Positions 18,182-28,443 of a stretch of DNA of 32,820 nucleotides are shown here, piece after piece. Every line of letters begins with the position of its first letter. Within the stretch, counting starts at the first letter, position 1. Source of the stretch: a virus. Its lineage: Duplodnaviria > Heunggongvirae > Uroviricota > Caudoviricetes. Made by a program: the position numbers and the translations under genes. The notes under the pieces are model-generated. The model worked only from the letters and a program-made list of their open reading frames with translations. It did no database searches and had not been told where the DNA came from. The stretch lies in IMG/VR virus record IMGVR_UViG_2541047822_000005; one strand, given 5' to 3'.

Positions 18182-18832
18182 TCAGCGGCTGTCATTGCGC
18201 AGTCTGCGCTCCAGCTGCTGTTTGTCTTTTTTCACGCCACAGCGGGGATCGAGCTGTAACGCATGGTTGAGATGATTAAGGGCAGACGCCGGATTTCTTT
18301 CACTCAGGACAGCGCCAATCGCTTTATGCAGACGCGCCCGTGACTGGTCCGGCATATCCATACCGTCTGTCAGCTCCAGGGTCTGCAGCAACAGATCGGC
18401 ATCAAAGCCGGTGGCGGCAAGCATTGCGCTCTGGGCTGCATCTGCCATTTCCTCTGCCAGCACGGTCTGCACGTTGCGGTTACCTAACGGCATCACCCAG
18501 CCATGACGCAGGGCGTGACGCCCGATCTCCAGCGCCCCGGCATAATCTCCGGCATCAATGCGCCACAGCATCACGTACATCAGCACGTCATCCTGTTGCG
18601 CGCCTCCGGCAGCCAGGACACCCTCCGCCCAGGCGGCGTACTTCGGCAGCAGCTCCACCTTGATTTCCGCTTTTTTGACCGTGGACTGAACGCCCTTGAG
18701 ACGGCGGCGGTCTTCCGCCAGTTGCAGCAGCATCAGGTCATAGCCCGACGCGTGGCGAACGCTGCCGCCCTCGCGGGCGGCCTGTTCAGCCTGAACGCGC
18801 AGGCGATGCTGCCGTGCGGGACTCAGGCTCAT
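18182..18832 (-). CDS. M: terminase small (endonuclease) subunit M
   Basis: 216-aa ORF in the gpM position downstream of N. Confidence 0.8.
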   Translation of the reverse strand: MSLSPARQHRLRVQAEQAAREGGSVRHASGYDLMLLQLAEDRRRLKGVQSTVKKAEIKVELLPKYAAWAEGVLAAGGAQQDDVLMYVMLWRIDAGDYAGALEIGRHALRHGWVMPLGNRNVQTVLAEEMADAAQSAMLAATGFDADLLLQTLELTDGMDMPDQSRARLHKAIGAVLSERNPASALNHLNHALQLDPRCGVKKDKQQLERRLRNDSR

Positions 18833-18835
18833 GAA

Positions 18836-19894
18836 TTACGCTCCGGTTTCTGCTGCTGCGGCGCTGAAGTCGCCAATCTGGATGTTTTCCACCAGTGCGG
18901 CGCAGCGGTAGTCCTCAACCACATAGGCTTCGTTAACGGATTCAAAGTTTTCAATCCGGTCACGTTTCGGGTTGTCGATAACTGAGCGGCGGCGGGTGTC
19001 TTCCTGCCAGTAGATGGACAGGTTATCCAGACGGGTGATCAGCAGTGCATTCGGCGGGAAGAACGGCGCACGCACGGCCTGCAGGCCACCCATGCGTTTC
19101 TGACTGATGATCATATCGGCAGCCAGTTTTTCACTGTTTTCCTGCTCTTTGTTGACCAGCGGGAAATACTTGTCAGACAGCAGTTCACGACCGCAAATCA
19201 CCACCAGATCGTCATCGTCCTGGTAGACCACATCGATAAGCTCATTGACGGCATCCATCACCACGGCGTCCAGGTTGGCATATTCGCCACCTTTCCCGAC
19301 TTTCACCGCACCCGGTGTGGTTTCACCGCCCGTGGTGGTGCTGCCCATGACGTGATCCGGTGCATCTTCACGGATTTTCTGCAGCCAGCCTTTGTTCACA
19401 TCCTGCAGCAGCGGGTTTTCGCTACGGTTGGAGGTTTTCGCACGCTTCACGCCGTTAAAGCCGATCATGATGCGGTCCAGAGCCTGACGTTTCACGATGG
19501 CGTCACGGATGCGCACCTGGAAATCCTGAAACTTCGCCCACAGGTCCAGCTTCGCGTAGGTCAGCACCGTGTCAAAGTTGGTCTGCTCGCATTTGTATTC
19601 CACATCGACCATCAGCGTCGGATCGACAGGTTCACGCTCTTTCGCGGTGGTGTCAGTGGTTCCGGCAATGGTGCTGCCAACTCCCAGCCCCAGCAGCTGA
19701 CCGGACTGCTCAGTCACTGGCGTGACGTTAATCAGCGTCAGGAAAGCGGCGGACTGCTGGATCTGGTCTTCCAGCGTCTGCTGCACAGACGGCTCCACGG
19801 TGAACTTGCTGGACAGTTCTTCAACTGCCACACCGTTCAGACGCGCCAGCTGCTGCAGGTAAGCGTTAAAAGCAAAGCGGGTATTCTTCTTCAT
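18836..19894 (-). CDS. N: major capsid protein N
   Basis: 352-aa ORF with gpN-like translation. Confidence 0.9.
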   Translation of the reverse strand: MKKNTRFAFNAYLQQLARLNGVAVEELSSKFTVEPSVQQTLEDQIQQSAAFLTLINVTPVTEQSGQLLGLGVGSTIAGTTDTTAKEREPVDPTLMVDVEYKCEQTNFDTVLTYAKLDLWAKFQDFQVRIRDAIVKRQALDRIMIGFNGVKRAKTSNRSENPLLQDVNKGWLQKIREDAPDHVMGSTTTGGETTPGAVKVGKGGEYANLDAVVMDAVNELIDVVYQDDDDLVVICGRELLSDKYFPLVNKEQENSEKLAADMIISQKRMGGLQAVRAPFFPPNALLITRLDNLSIYWQEDTRRRSVIDNPKRDRIENFESVNEAYVVEDYRCAALVENIQIGDFSAAAAETGA

Positions 19895-19910
19895 CGGGTT
19901 TTGTGCTCCA

Positions 19911-20744
19911 TCAGCAATTGGTCAGAGTGTCAGCGGGGGCGTTACCGCCTGTTGCACGCTGGCGGTAGTCCTGGCGACTGTCTTCATGACTCAGCTTGTC
20001 CACCAGTTCGTTAAAGGCGGTTTGCTGTGCCTGCAGGGCAGTCTCCAGCTCAGACAGGCGTTCTTCCTGCTCAGACAGGGATTTTTCGGTGCGTGCGCTC
20101 AGGTTCTGCTGCTCAGTGGCGACCAGCTCCACGGCCTTATGCACATCAGAGAACCGGGCGTCATCGGACTGCTCTTTTTTGGTAAACAGCGCCGTGACGC
20201 GGGCAAACAGGGACGGTTTGTCGTCCTGGATTTCTTCCAGTTCGATCACCGTTTCCTCTGCAGCGGTAAAGAGATTGGCAGGATTCTGCTTGCGGTTTGC
20301 CAACGGGTTATGGGCTGCACTGGCGCTGAATGTCAGCATTTCCGTACCCAGACTGGCAGGGTCATCAGTTGCAGCCAGGCCGACCAGATAGGCTTTGCCC
20401 GTATCAGCGAACTTCGGGCTGACTTCCATAGAGGTGAATAATTTCTGGCCTTTTTTCACCAGTTCCACCAGGGACTCCGTTGGCTCAACGTCGGCATACA
20501 GCGCCATCTTGCCTGCCAGCGGACCTTCCGTGATTTCTTCAGCAAACAGCGCCGTCACCTTGCCGTAGCGGTTAAAGGTGCTGTCCGGCAGATAAGACTT
20601 GATGTGCTCAAGGTTAATCAGCGCGGTATACACCGCCGGGTTGTAGCTGGCTGCCATCTGTTCCAGCCATTCACGCTGGATTTCGCGTCCGTCGGTGGTG
20701 GCACCCTCCACCCCGATGCGAAAACGCTTTGCTTTCACTGTCAT
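19911..20744 (-). CDS. O: capsid scaffolding protein O
   Basis: 277-aa ORF with a coiled-coil C-terminal half; first gene of the head operon, divergent from P. Confidence 0.85.
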   Translation of the reverse strand: MTVKAKRFRIGVEGATTDGREIQREWLEQMAASYNPAVYTALINLEHIKSYLPDSTFNRYGKVTALFAEEITEGPLAGKMALYADVEPTESLVELVKKGQKLFTSMEVSPKFADTGKAYLVGLAATDDPASLGTEMLTFSASAAHNPLANRKQNPANLFTAAEETVIELEEIQDDKPSLFARVTALFTKKEQSDDARFSDVHKAVELVATEQQNLSARTEKSLSEQEERLSELETALQAQQTAFNELVDKLSHEDSRQDYRQRATGGNAPADTLTNC

Positions 20745-20822
20745 GAGCCGTGCTCCGTTAGAAAAAACTTACTGGAGCCTTATGGTTGCGGTGATGGGGG
20801 CAGTGAAACAATGAGCGGTATT

Positions 20823-20840
20823 TGTACCGACAGCCACACA
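20823..20840. promoter_or_regulatory. putative Ogr-dependent late promoter element (TGT-N12-ACA) in the divergent O/P region
   Basis: TGTACCGACAGCCACACA dyad in the 142-bp intergenic region between divergent O and P. Confidence 0.45.
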
Positions 20841-20886
20841 AACCGCAGGCGGGGAAAGCCTTCATTCAAGGCTGTAGGTTTGTGCC

Positions 20887-22653
20887 ATGAACACCACACT
20901 GACACCCGCAGATCTCGATCCCCGTCGGCAGGCCATGCTGCTGTACTTTCAGGGATACCGCGTAGCCCGCATTGCTGAAATGCTGGGCGAGAAAGTTGCA
21001 ACCGTTCACAGCTGGAAAAAACGCGACAAGTGGGGTGACTATGGGCCGCTTGATCAGATGCAGCTCACCACCGCCGCACGCTACTGCCAGCTCATTATGA
21101 AGGAGCACAAAGAAGGGAAAGATTTCAAAGAGATTGACCTGCTGGCGCGCCAGTCGGAGCGCCATGCGCGGATCGGCAAGTTTAACAATGGCGGCAACGA
21201 AGCCGACTTAAACCCTAACGTCGCCAACCGCAACAAAGGCCCGCGTCGTCAGCCGGAAAAGAACGTTTTCACCGATGAACAGATTGAGAAGCTGGAAGAA
21301 ATCTTCCATTCCTCCATGTTCAACTATCAGCGCCACTGGTGGGAAGCCGGAAAAACCAACCGCATCCGCAACCTGCTGAAGTCACGCCAGATCGGTGCGA
21401 CCTTTTACTTTGCCCGTGAAGCCCTGATTGACGCCCTGCTTACCGGACGTAACCAGATTTTCCTTTCTGCCAGTAAGGCACAGGCTCACGTCTTTAAGCA
21501 GTACATCATCGACTTCGCCAAAGAAGTGGAGGTGGAGCTGAAAGGCGATCCGATGGTGCTTCCCAACGGGGCCACACTGTATTTCCTCGGCACCAATGCC
21601 CGCACGGCCCAGAGTTACCACGGCAACCTGTATCTGGATGAATATTTCTGGATACCGAAATTCCAGGAGCTGCGCAAAGTGGCTTCCGGTATGGCTATTC
21701 ACAAGAAATGGCGACAGACCTATTTTTCCACGCCATCCAGCCTGACACACAGTGCTTATCCGTTCTGGTCCGGTGCGCTGTTCAACCGTGGGCGCAACAA
21801 AGCCGACAAGGTGGACATCGACCTGTCCCACAGCAATCTGGCCCCCGGCCTGCTGTGCGCAGACGGGCAATACCGCCAGATAGTCACCGTGGAAGATGCG
21901 GTGCGCGGCGGCTGTAACCTGTTCGACCTCGACCAGTTGCGCATGGAGTACAGCCCGGACGAATACCAGAACCTGCTGATGTGCGAGTTCGTTGACGATC
22001 TCGCATCTGTGTTCCCGCTCAGCGAGCTGCAGGCGTGCATGGTGGACAGTTGGGAAGTCTGGACCGACTTTCATGCACTGGCCCTGCGCCCGTTTGGCTG
22101 GCGCGAAGTGTGGATCGGTTATGACCCGGCAAAAGGTACGCAGAACGGCGACAGCGCCGGATGCGTGGTGGTGGCTCCGCCAGCCGTGCCGGGCGGTAAG
22201 TTTCGCATTCTTGAGCGTCACCAGTGGCGCGGGATGGACTTCCGCGCCCAGGCGGACGCCATCAAAAAACTGACTGAACAGTACAACGTGACCTATATCG
22301 GTATCGACTCAACCGGCGTCGGTCACGGGGTTTACGAGAACGTGAAAGCGTTCTTTCCTGCCGTCCGGGAGTTTGTCTACAACCCCAACGTTAAAAACGC
22401 CCTGGTACTCAAGGCCTACGACATTATCAGCCACCGCCGTCTGGAGTTTGACGCCGGACATACCGACATTGCGCAGTCATTCATGGCAATCCGTCGCGCC
22501 ACCACCGCCAGTGGCAACCGCCCGACCTACGAAGCCAGCCGCAGCGAAGAAGCCAGCCATGCCGATCTGGCATGGGCAACCATGCACGCACTGTTTAACG
22601 AACCGCTGCAGGGCGAGTCCGCCAATACCAGCAATATTGTGGAGATTTTTTGA
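20887..22653 (+). CDS. P: terminase large (ATPase) subunit P
   Basis: 588-aa ORF with gpP-like translation. Confidence 0.9.
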   Translation: MNTTLTPADLDPRRQAMLLYFQGYRVARIAEMLGEKVATVHSWKKRDKWGDYGPLDQMQLTTAARYCQLIMKEHKEGKDFKEIDLLARQSERHARIGKFNNGGNEADLNPNVANRNKGPRRQPEKNVFTDEQIEKLEEIFHSSMFNYQRHWWEAGKTNRIRNLLKSRQIGATFYFAREALIDALLTGRNQIFLSASKAQAHVFKQYIIDFAKEVEVELKGDPMVLPNGATLYFLGTNARTAQSYHGNLYLDEYFWIPKFQELRKVASGMAIHKKWRQTYFSTPSSLTHSAYPFWSGALFNRGRNKADKVDIDLSHSNLAPGLLCADGQYRQIVTVEDAVRGGCNLFDLDQLRMEYSPDEYQNLLMCEFVDDLASVFPLSELQACMVDSWEVWTDFHALALRPFGWREVWIGYDPAKGTQNGDSAGCVVVAPPAVPGGKFRILERHQWRGMDFRAQADAIKKLTEQYNVTYIGIDSTGVGHGVYENVKAFFPAVREFVYNPNVKNALVLKAYDIISHRRLEFDAGHTDIAQSFMAIRRATTASGNRPTYEASRSEEASHADLAWATMHALFNEPLQGESANTSNIVEIF

Positions 22654-23693
22654 TGAAAGAACATATCGCGCCAGGCGAAACCGTAACTGCAGAAGAAACT
22701 AAAAAACCCGTTGCTGAGGCTTTCAGCTTTGGTGATCCCATTCCTGTACTGGACCGCCGCGAACTGCTGGACTATGTGGAATGCGTACAGATGGATCGCT
22801 GGTATGAGCCGCCCGTCAGTTTTGACGGACTGGCACGAACCTTCCGCGCCGCCGTGCACCACAGCTCCCCGATCAGTGTTAAACGTGACATCATCAGCAG
22901 TACCTATATTCCACATCGCCTTCTCAGCCAGCAGGCATTTACCCGTTTTGTGCAGGACTATCTGGTTTTTGGTAACGCCTATCTGGAGAAGCGCACGAAT
23001 CGCTTTGGTGAAGTTATTTCGCTGGAGCCTGCACTGGCAAAATACACCCGGCGCGGGCTTGACCTTGAAACATACTGGTTTGTGCAATACAGCCTGACGA
23101 CACAGCCGTATCAGTTCACAAAAGGTAACGTCTTCCACCTGATGGAGCCGGATATCAACCAGGAGATTTATGGTCTGCCGGGTTACCTTTCTGCCATTCC
23201 GTCAGCTCTGCTCAACGAATCCGCCACGCTGTTCCGCCGCAAGTATTACATTAACGGCAGCCACGCAGGCTTCATCATGTACATGACCGACGCCGCGCAG
23301 AACCAGGAGGATGTGAACAACATCCGCAAGGCAATGAAAAGTGCTAAAGGGCCGGGCAACTTCCGCAACCTGTTTATGTACTCGCCTAACGGCAAAAAAG
23401 ATGGCATTCAGATTATCCCGTTGTCGGAAGTCGCGGCGAAGGATGAATTTCTGAACATCAAGAACGTCAGCCGCGATGACATGATGGCGGCTCACCGCGT
23501 ACCGCCGCAAATGATGGGCATCATTCCCAACAACACTGGCGGCTTTGGTGATGTGGAAAAAGCGAGCCGTGTCTTCGTCCGCAATGAACTGATGCCACTG
23601 CAAAAGCGACTGCAGGAGCTGAATGACTGGCTGAATGAAGAGGTGATCCGTTTTGAAGCTTATGACTTAGGGCTTAAGGGCAAACGAGGCTGA
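22650..23693 (+). CDS. Q: portal protein Q
   Basis: 347-aa ORF with gpQ-like translation, overlapping the P stop. Confidence 0.9.
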   Translation: MMKEHIAPGETVTAEETKKPVAEAFSFGDPIPVLDRRELLDYVECVQMDRWYEPPVSFDGLARTFRAAVHHSSPISVKRDIISSTYIPHRLLSQQAFTRFVQDYLVFGNAYLEKRTNRFGEVISLEPALAKYTRRGLDLETYWFVQYSLTTQPYQFTKGNVFHLMEPDINQEIYGLPGYLSAIPSALLNESATLFRRKYYINGSHAGFIMYMTDAAQNQEDVNNIRKAMKSAKGPGNFRNLFMYSPNGKKDGIQIIPLSEVAAKDEFLNIKNVSRDDMMAAHRVPPQMMGIIPNNTGGFGDVEKASRVFVRNELMPLQKRLQELNDWLNEEVIRFEAYDLGLKGKRG

Positions 23694-23729
23694 CATACTC
23701 ATAACATCAAAACCCGACCAACTCTCACA

Positions 23730-23766
23730 ACGCCTCAGCAGCATTCTGCGGGGCGTTTCTTTTTGC
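23730..23766 (+). terminator. putative terminator after the P-Q operon
   Basis: Imperfect GC-rich hairpin (ACGCC...GGCGT) followed by TTCTTTTT. Confidence 0.4.
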
Positions 23767-23849
23767 CCTGAATCTCCCCCCCCCTCCACTAAATGAGGCC
23801 GCCAGCGGGCCAGAGGCTGTGCCGGATTTTGGCCATTTTACCCCGTTGC

Positions 23850-23873
23850 GCGCGCTCGTATCCCCGCCACGCC
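23850..23873. other. cos site (cohesive-end region)
   Basis: The reverse complement of this stretch reads GGCGTGGCGGGG..., matching the start of the 19-nt cohesive end of phage 186 as I recall it; located between Q and the early region as in P2/186. Confidence 0.55.
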
Positions 23874-23916
23874 TGCCCGCTTTGTGTAGTGGTTTTCATG
23901 CACCTGCATGACATAA

Positions 23917-23942
23917 GCAAAAGCCCGCCAGTTCTGGCGGGC
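23917..23942 (-). terminator. putative terminator of the tum-like/dinI-like transcript
   Basis: Perfect 8-bp GC stem (GCCCGCCA / TGGCGGGC) followed on the minus strand by TTTTGC. Confidence 0.45.
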
Positions 23943-24076
23943 CTGAGCAAAAACGATCCTCAAACGATCATGCGATTTCATGCGGCATAGACATGCACAA
24001 CAGCACTAACGCCTCGCGTGGCTCGTTGTTCAACCTTGCGGACGGTAAAAACCAGTTTTATCGTCCGCAACGTTCG

Positions 24077-24310
24077 CTAATGTAACCAGCTGTCGTCCTC
24101 CCAGACCTGCTGCATTATTTCCATCACTCGCTTTTTATCTTCATCCAGTTTTAACCCGCTCAGCTCAACGCCGTTGGCACTGCCCTTACGGATACGAATT
24201 GCTGTTTTGGGATACAGAGGGCGCAAATTACGGTAAAGCTCGGATTCAAGGGCGTCCAGTGTAGCCTGGCTAATCTTCTGCTCTTTATCGATCATTATTT
24301 CAATGCGCAT
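24077..24310 (-). CDS. DinI-like protein
   Basis: 77-aa ORF whose translation resembles the DinI family; downstream of a LexA-boxed small gene. Confidence 0.75.
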   Translation of the reverse strand: MRIEIMIDKEQKISQATLDALESELYRNLRPLYPKTAIRIRKGSANGVELSGLKLDEDKKRVMEIMQQVWEDDSWLH

Positions 24311-24321
24311 ACAGATTTCCC

Positions 24322-24510
24322 TTAACTGGTTACGTCCATTGACCGGCAGTATTCATGGCTGCGGATTTTCGCCATCAGCTCGTCGGTCAATTCAGACACC
24401 CACTGGATAGCCAGCCGCTTTTCTTCGTCGCTGCACTCACTAGCCGCTACAAGCTTAATAAAAAAATCAATGCGCTGGAGCTTCAACGACTCCAAAAGAT
24501 AGTCCTGCAT
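24322..24510 (-). CDS. small LexA-regulated protein, possibly Tum-like antirepressor
   Basis: 62-aa ORF from the internal ATG, which has a strong AGGAGGG ribosome-binding site (track ORF is 24322..24537). Function assigned only by position and the LexA box. Confidence 0.5.
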   Translation of the reverse strand: MQDYLLESLKLQRIDFFIKLVAASECSDEEKRLAIQWVSELTDELMAKIRSHEYCRSMDVTS

Positions 24511-24558
24511 CTTCCCTCCTATCACGACCCCGGACATGCGTTAACTGTATGCATATCC

Positions 24559-24578
24559 ACTGTTTATATATACAGTAT
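24559..24578. promoter_or_regulatory. LexA box (SOS operator)
   Basis: ACTGTTTATATATACAGTAT matches the CTGT-N8-ACAG consensus, about 50 nt upstream of the small-gene start; an additional CTGT half-site lies at about 24545. Confidence 0.7.
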
Positions 24579-24671
24579 ACCCCTGATATCCAAAAGTAAA
24601 ATATTTTTTATCCGTCAATGAGAACGTTCTTACGAGGGTCGTTAAGAGCATGAATTGTTAAAGCCTTGCCG

Positions 24672-27065
24672 TCAGTACCACTGGCGCCATTTGTCATCTT
24701 CCTGCAGTCGATGGTTGCGGTAAAAAATCCGTAGCCCGGCACCTGACGGAATGCTGCCACCACGCAGAAGCAAATCAATCTCAGATGCACTACCTTCAAA
24801 CCCTCTGGCAGTCAGTTCTGCCTCAAGCTGCAGGCGCTGCTGCTCCGAAATACTCTGTTTGAATGCTTTTTTCCGCTTCGGTTTTACCAGTCTTAACCTG
24901 GCTGTCAGCTCCCGGCGTTCCTTCTGGCCCATATTGTGGAGGTAATCGTGCAGTTCCTGCTCATTCATGGTTTTAATATCTGGCAAATCACCCCCTGATT
25001 TGTTCAGATTTTCAACAGGGGGACAGTTATTGCCACGAGTCCAAGGGGCGCAAGCGCCCTGGTCGGCTGCCGCCTCCTGAACGTCAACGGCCTTACGAAC
25101 CATTTTCCACTTCACGGCATGAGTGCAGATCTTGCCCTCTGCAATAGGTGACCAGATGCCATAAATACGAATGCCGTGATCGCCATAGGCGGTCGGCTCT
25201 TCGTTGATTTCATAAGCAGTTCTGATGAGGTGATATTTACGGGGAACCAGTACGCCGCCCTGCTTCATGATGTAGGTGGCAAAACAACCAGCATCAGCAG
25301 CAGCCAGAATGGCATCAAGACGCGGGTTATCCAGTACCGGCGCACCTGCTTTTTTGTCACCCTGTTGCCTTGCCGCCTGACCAGCCAGCAAGCGAAGTTC
25401 ACGGTAAGCCTGACGCCCCGGAATACCAAAGAAGCGGAATTGCTGAACACGATGCAGAGACGCCCAGGCATTCACGTATTCAGCGTTATCACGCAGAGAT
25501 TTACCCGTTTCCTTGCTGATCTCGCCAGCCAGACCACGACCGTCAATGTTCTTACTGATATATTTCGCGATGTAGCTTGTCGGCGTTCCTTTGCGCGGGT
25601 TAATCAACTCAGACTTAAAGCGCGGCCCAGTGTTATTGCCCAGCTCCTCGCGGTCTTCACGGATGGCAAACTTACGCAGTAATGCAGTGATGGCACGGCG
25701 GTCTTTTTTGCGCATGAAACACAACAGGTGCCAGTGAACTGTGCCATCATGATGCGGCTCAGCCACCCGCACGCCATACCAGCGCAACCCGGCTTTGTGC
25801 ATCGCCTTACGAAATGCAGCAAACATGCCGACCAGATAATCGCTGCTTTGTCTTACCGTCGCGTTTGTCCAGGTCGGGTTTGGTCTGCCGTTATTTAGCG
25901 TGGAATGGAAACGCGACGGACAGGTGATAGTGTAGAAAACGGCGCAGTCACCGCGCATTTCCGCGATAAGCTCCAGACCTTTAACACAGGCCATCATCTC
26001 ATTGCGGCGATGCGCAGGGTTGCTGCTGCTGGCGTTTACCACATCCTCCATGTCCAGCGTGTCGCCGTCTTCGTTCACCAGTTCATGAGAACGGAAAAAC
26101 TCCAGCGACTTACGGCGCTGCTCACGTTTATGCATCACGGCTTCATAGCTGACATAAGGAGATGCTTTTTTGCTGACTAGGCAAACAGCGCGCAACTGCT
26201 CTTCCCGCCATTCGCAACGCATCTTCCATAATTTCCGATACCACCAGTCGGCGCACAACATACGCGCCAGCGAACCCGGAATGAGTTCATAGGGCACGGG
26301 TTTACGGCGGTTTCTTTTCCGACGAAGTTTCTCAAACGCAGGCGGGATAACATCCAGACGCAGGGTTTCCGCAGCCACCTTTTCCCATGTCTTGCGGATT
26401 TCTTCTGGCTTAACGTCATCGGTGGCGTACAAATCACCACAAGCGGCCTCAAGACACATGCTCATATGCGCTGCTACCAGGGTGGACAGGCGTTTCACCT
26501 GATCCTGGCTCATTTCAGGCAGGATCAGCAGCCCCTCCAGCCCTTGATGGCTTGCCATAAAACGGAAAGAAACAGATAGCTGACTGTCACGTACACAATC
26601 CAGTCGCTCCAGACATGGCTTAATCGTCTCACGCAAATAGCGGGAATAAGCCTTTGGCCTGCCCAGGCTGCTGAAGTATTCGATACGTTGCATCAGCGGC
26701 TTGCTGATATGAGAAGGCTGGGCGCTGACATCTGCCAGAATGACCATGTCCGGGTTAAAACGCTGCTGCTCATGCGCCAGCTTTGCCCGGCTAATGAGCT
26801 TATCCTGCTCCATTTCGCGCTGGACAGGATCACGGGATTCATTAAAGAAATAACGCTCCCAGACCTGCTCACTCAGTGCCTCGCGGCGCAGTTGTTCCTG
26901 CTCGTTATCGGCAGCGTACAGAGTGATCAGGTTTGAAAGTGCAGACTCCGGCGCAACTTCCGCCGGATCCAGATAAGGGTTAATGGCCTTTTTCGGGCCG
27001 TTCCATGAAAATGCTGCGGCAGCCTCGTTAAAGCCGCTAGAGTTGCTCATATCGTCATGACTCAT
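24672..27065 (-). CDS. A: replication initiation protein A (rolling-circle nickase)
   Basis: 797-aa ORF with gpA-family translation in the expected early-operon position. Confidence 0.85.
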   Translation of the reverse strand: MSHDDMSNSSGFNEAAAAFSWNGPKKAINPYLDPAEVAPESALSNLITLYAADNEQEQLRREALSEQVWERYFFNESRDPVQREMEQDKLISRAKLAHEQQRFNPDMVILADVSAQPSHISKPLMQRIEYFSSLGRPKAYSRYLRETIKPCLERLDCVRDSQLSVSFRFMASHQGLEGLLILPEMSQDQVKRLSTLVAAHMSMCLEAACGDLYATDDVKPEEIRKTWEKVAAETLRLDVIPPAFEKLRRKRNRRKPVPYELIPGSLARMLCADWWYRKLWKMRCEWREEQLRAVCLVSKKASPYVSYEAVMHKREQRRKSLEFFRSHELVNEDGDTLDMEDVVNASSSNPAHRRNEMMACVKGLELIAEMRGDCAVFYTITCPSRFHSTLNNGRPNPTWTNATVRQSSDYLVGMFAAFRKAMHKAGLRWYGVRVAEPHHDGTVHWHLLCFMRKKDRRAITALLRKFAIREDREELGNNTGPRFKSELINPRKGTPTSYIAKYISKNIDGRGLAGEISKETGKSLRDNAEYVNAWASLHRVQQFRFFGIPGRQAYRELRLLAGQAARQQGDKKAGAPVLDNPRLDAILAAADAGCFATYIMKQGGVLVPRKYHLIRTAYEINEEPTAYGDHGIRIYGIWSPIAEGKICTHAVKWKMVRKAVDVQEAAADQGACAPWTRGNNCPPVENLNKSGGDLPDIKTMNEQELHDYLHNMGQKERRELTARLRLVKPKRKKAFKQSISEQQRLQLEAELTARGFEGSASEIDLLLRGGSIPSGAGLRIFYRNHRLQEDDKWRQWY

Positions 27066-27919
27066 ACACGCACCTCGTACACAGCAGAACTATCCACGCC
27101 ACGCGAAGGATCAAATCCCATCCAGCAGCGCGACCCGGAAACAGCAATGATTTCTGTTGCAGATTTACTCTCGCCAGCTGACACGCCGATGCTGCGTTTT
27201 GCCTTGATGTAGTGGTGAGTGAAATTGCGATACAGCGAACGGATCAGGGATGTGTCACTGTTAGAAACAATGACCGGATGACCTTCTGATGATCGATATT
27301 CAAGAACGGATGCCAGGTGATACTGGTCATCTTCAGTGAAGCCGTTAGTGTGATAACCGGAAAACGTGCCGTCATACGGCGGATCGCAATACACCACATC
27401 CCCCGCCTTCAACATCGCCAGCGTTTCATCAAAGCTGGCGCAGATAAACGTTGCTCGCTGGGCCTTTTCTGCAAATGCGCGAATTTCTTTTTCAGGGAAA
27501 TACGGATTTTTATAATTACCGTAGGGAATGTTGAAATGCCCGCTCTTGTTATAGCGACATAAACCACGGTAACCGTGACGATTGAGATACAGGAAATATA
27601 CCGCTTTCATGAAATCAGTAATTTCAGTTGAGTAATTAAACTCCTGCCTTATGTTGTAATAAGCCACCTCCCTGTTTGCGATCTCAAATAAAACTCTGGC
27701 GCGAGATATAAACGATTCACAATCAGAGGCAACCTTTTTATAGAGGTTGATTAAATCAGGATTAATATCCGCAACCAGATAGCTGGGGTAATCCGTCTCC
27801 ATCATCACAGCACAGGAACCCGCGAAAGGTTCAACCAGTCGCGGGCCAGCAGGAAGGTGTTTTTTCAGTTCGGACATAATGGCGGTTTTATTTCCCACCC
27901 ATTTCAGGATGGTGCTCAT
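27062..27919 (-). CDS. Dam-like DNA N6-adenine methyltransferase
   Basis: Conserved ILKWVGNK N-terminus, FAGSCAV S-adenosylmethionine-binding motif and DPPY catalytic motif. Start taken at the internal ATG, which overlaps the upstream stop in an ATGA arrangement (track ORF is 27062..27979). Confidence 0.85.
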   Translation of the reverse strand: MSTILKWVGNKTAIMSELKKHLPAGPRLVEPFAGSCAVMMETDYPSYLVADINPDLINLYKKVASDCESFISRARVLFEIANREVAYYNIRQEFNYSTEITDFMKAVYFLYLNRHGYRGLCRYNKSGHFNIPYGNYKNPYFPEKEIRAFAEKAQRATFICASFDETLAMLKAGDVVYCDPPYDGTFSGYHTNGFTEDDQYHLASVLEYRSSEGHPVIVSNSDTSLIRSLYRNFTHHYIKAKRSIGVSAGESKSATEIIAVSGSRCWMGFDPSRGVDSSAVYEVRV

Positions 27920-28143
27920 ACAGCACCTCCGTTGTAATGTTTGCCTTTCAGCTCTGCGATTTCCTGACAGGTAATGCAAAGCTGCACACCCGGAATGGCA
28001 CGGCGGCGTGCTGGCGGAATTGGCGCTTCACACTCAACGCAAAGCACGCGGGACACGCCCGGCGTTTTGGCACGGGCAGCACGGATATGACGTTGGCGTT
28101 CTTCTTCAACTCGCTGCTGTACGAGATCCATTGCATCAGCCAT
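27916..28143 (-). CDS. TraR/DksA-family C4 zinc-finger protein
   Basis: 75-aa ORF with CxxC-N17-CxxC (CVECEAP...CITCQ). Confidence 0.7.
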   Translation of the reverse strand: MADAMDLVQQRVEEERQRHIRAARAKTPGVSRVLCVECEAPIPPARRRAIPGVQLCITCQEIAELKGKHYNGGAV

Positions 28144-28382
28144 CAGTGGATCTCCTGCGCTTCGTTCTGGATTGCTTCAGCAGTCACACGCAGCAGTTCT
28201 GCCGCTTCGACGTGGTTTAGTTGGCGGGATGTGATATGACACGCCAGGCTATCAAGGCGAGCTGCCATTGCTTCAGCCCTTGCCCGGCGTTCTTCCAGAC
28301 GAGCCTCTGTCAGTAAAATATTAAGCCCTGCATCATCCGGTCCGGTTTTAGTCGTGATGGTTTCAATATTACGCATAATCAA
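28143..28382 (-). CDS. hypothetical early protein
   Basis: 79-aa ORF tightly packed in the early operon; no motif recognised. Confidence 0.5.
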   Translation of the reverse strand: MIMRNIETITTKTGPDDAGLNILLTEARLEERRARAEAMAARLDSLACHITSRQLNHVEAAELLRVTAEAIQNEAQEIH

Positions 28383-28443
28383 TTCTCCTGAATTTAGATA
28401 AAGGGATGCCCGGCGGGTTTACGCCATTAATTTCATTAGTTGG

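Noticed and set aside
20881-20898. Second TGT-N12-ACA dyad in the O/P divergent region.
   Set aside because: It overlaps the P start codon, so it cannot sit about 55 bp upstream of a P transcription start. The motif is frequent enough to occur by chance.
23793-23990. 65-aa ORF spanning the cos region.
   Set aside because: It overlaps the candidate cos site and a terminator hairpin, has no ribosome-binding site, and is in an otherwise non-coding packaging region.
24545-24556. Second LexA box upstream of the first.
   Set aside because: Only a CTGT half-site is present (CTGTATGCATATCCAC), with no matching ACAG half, so it is not a full operator.
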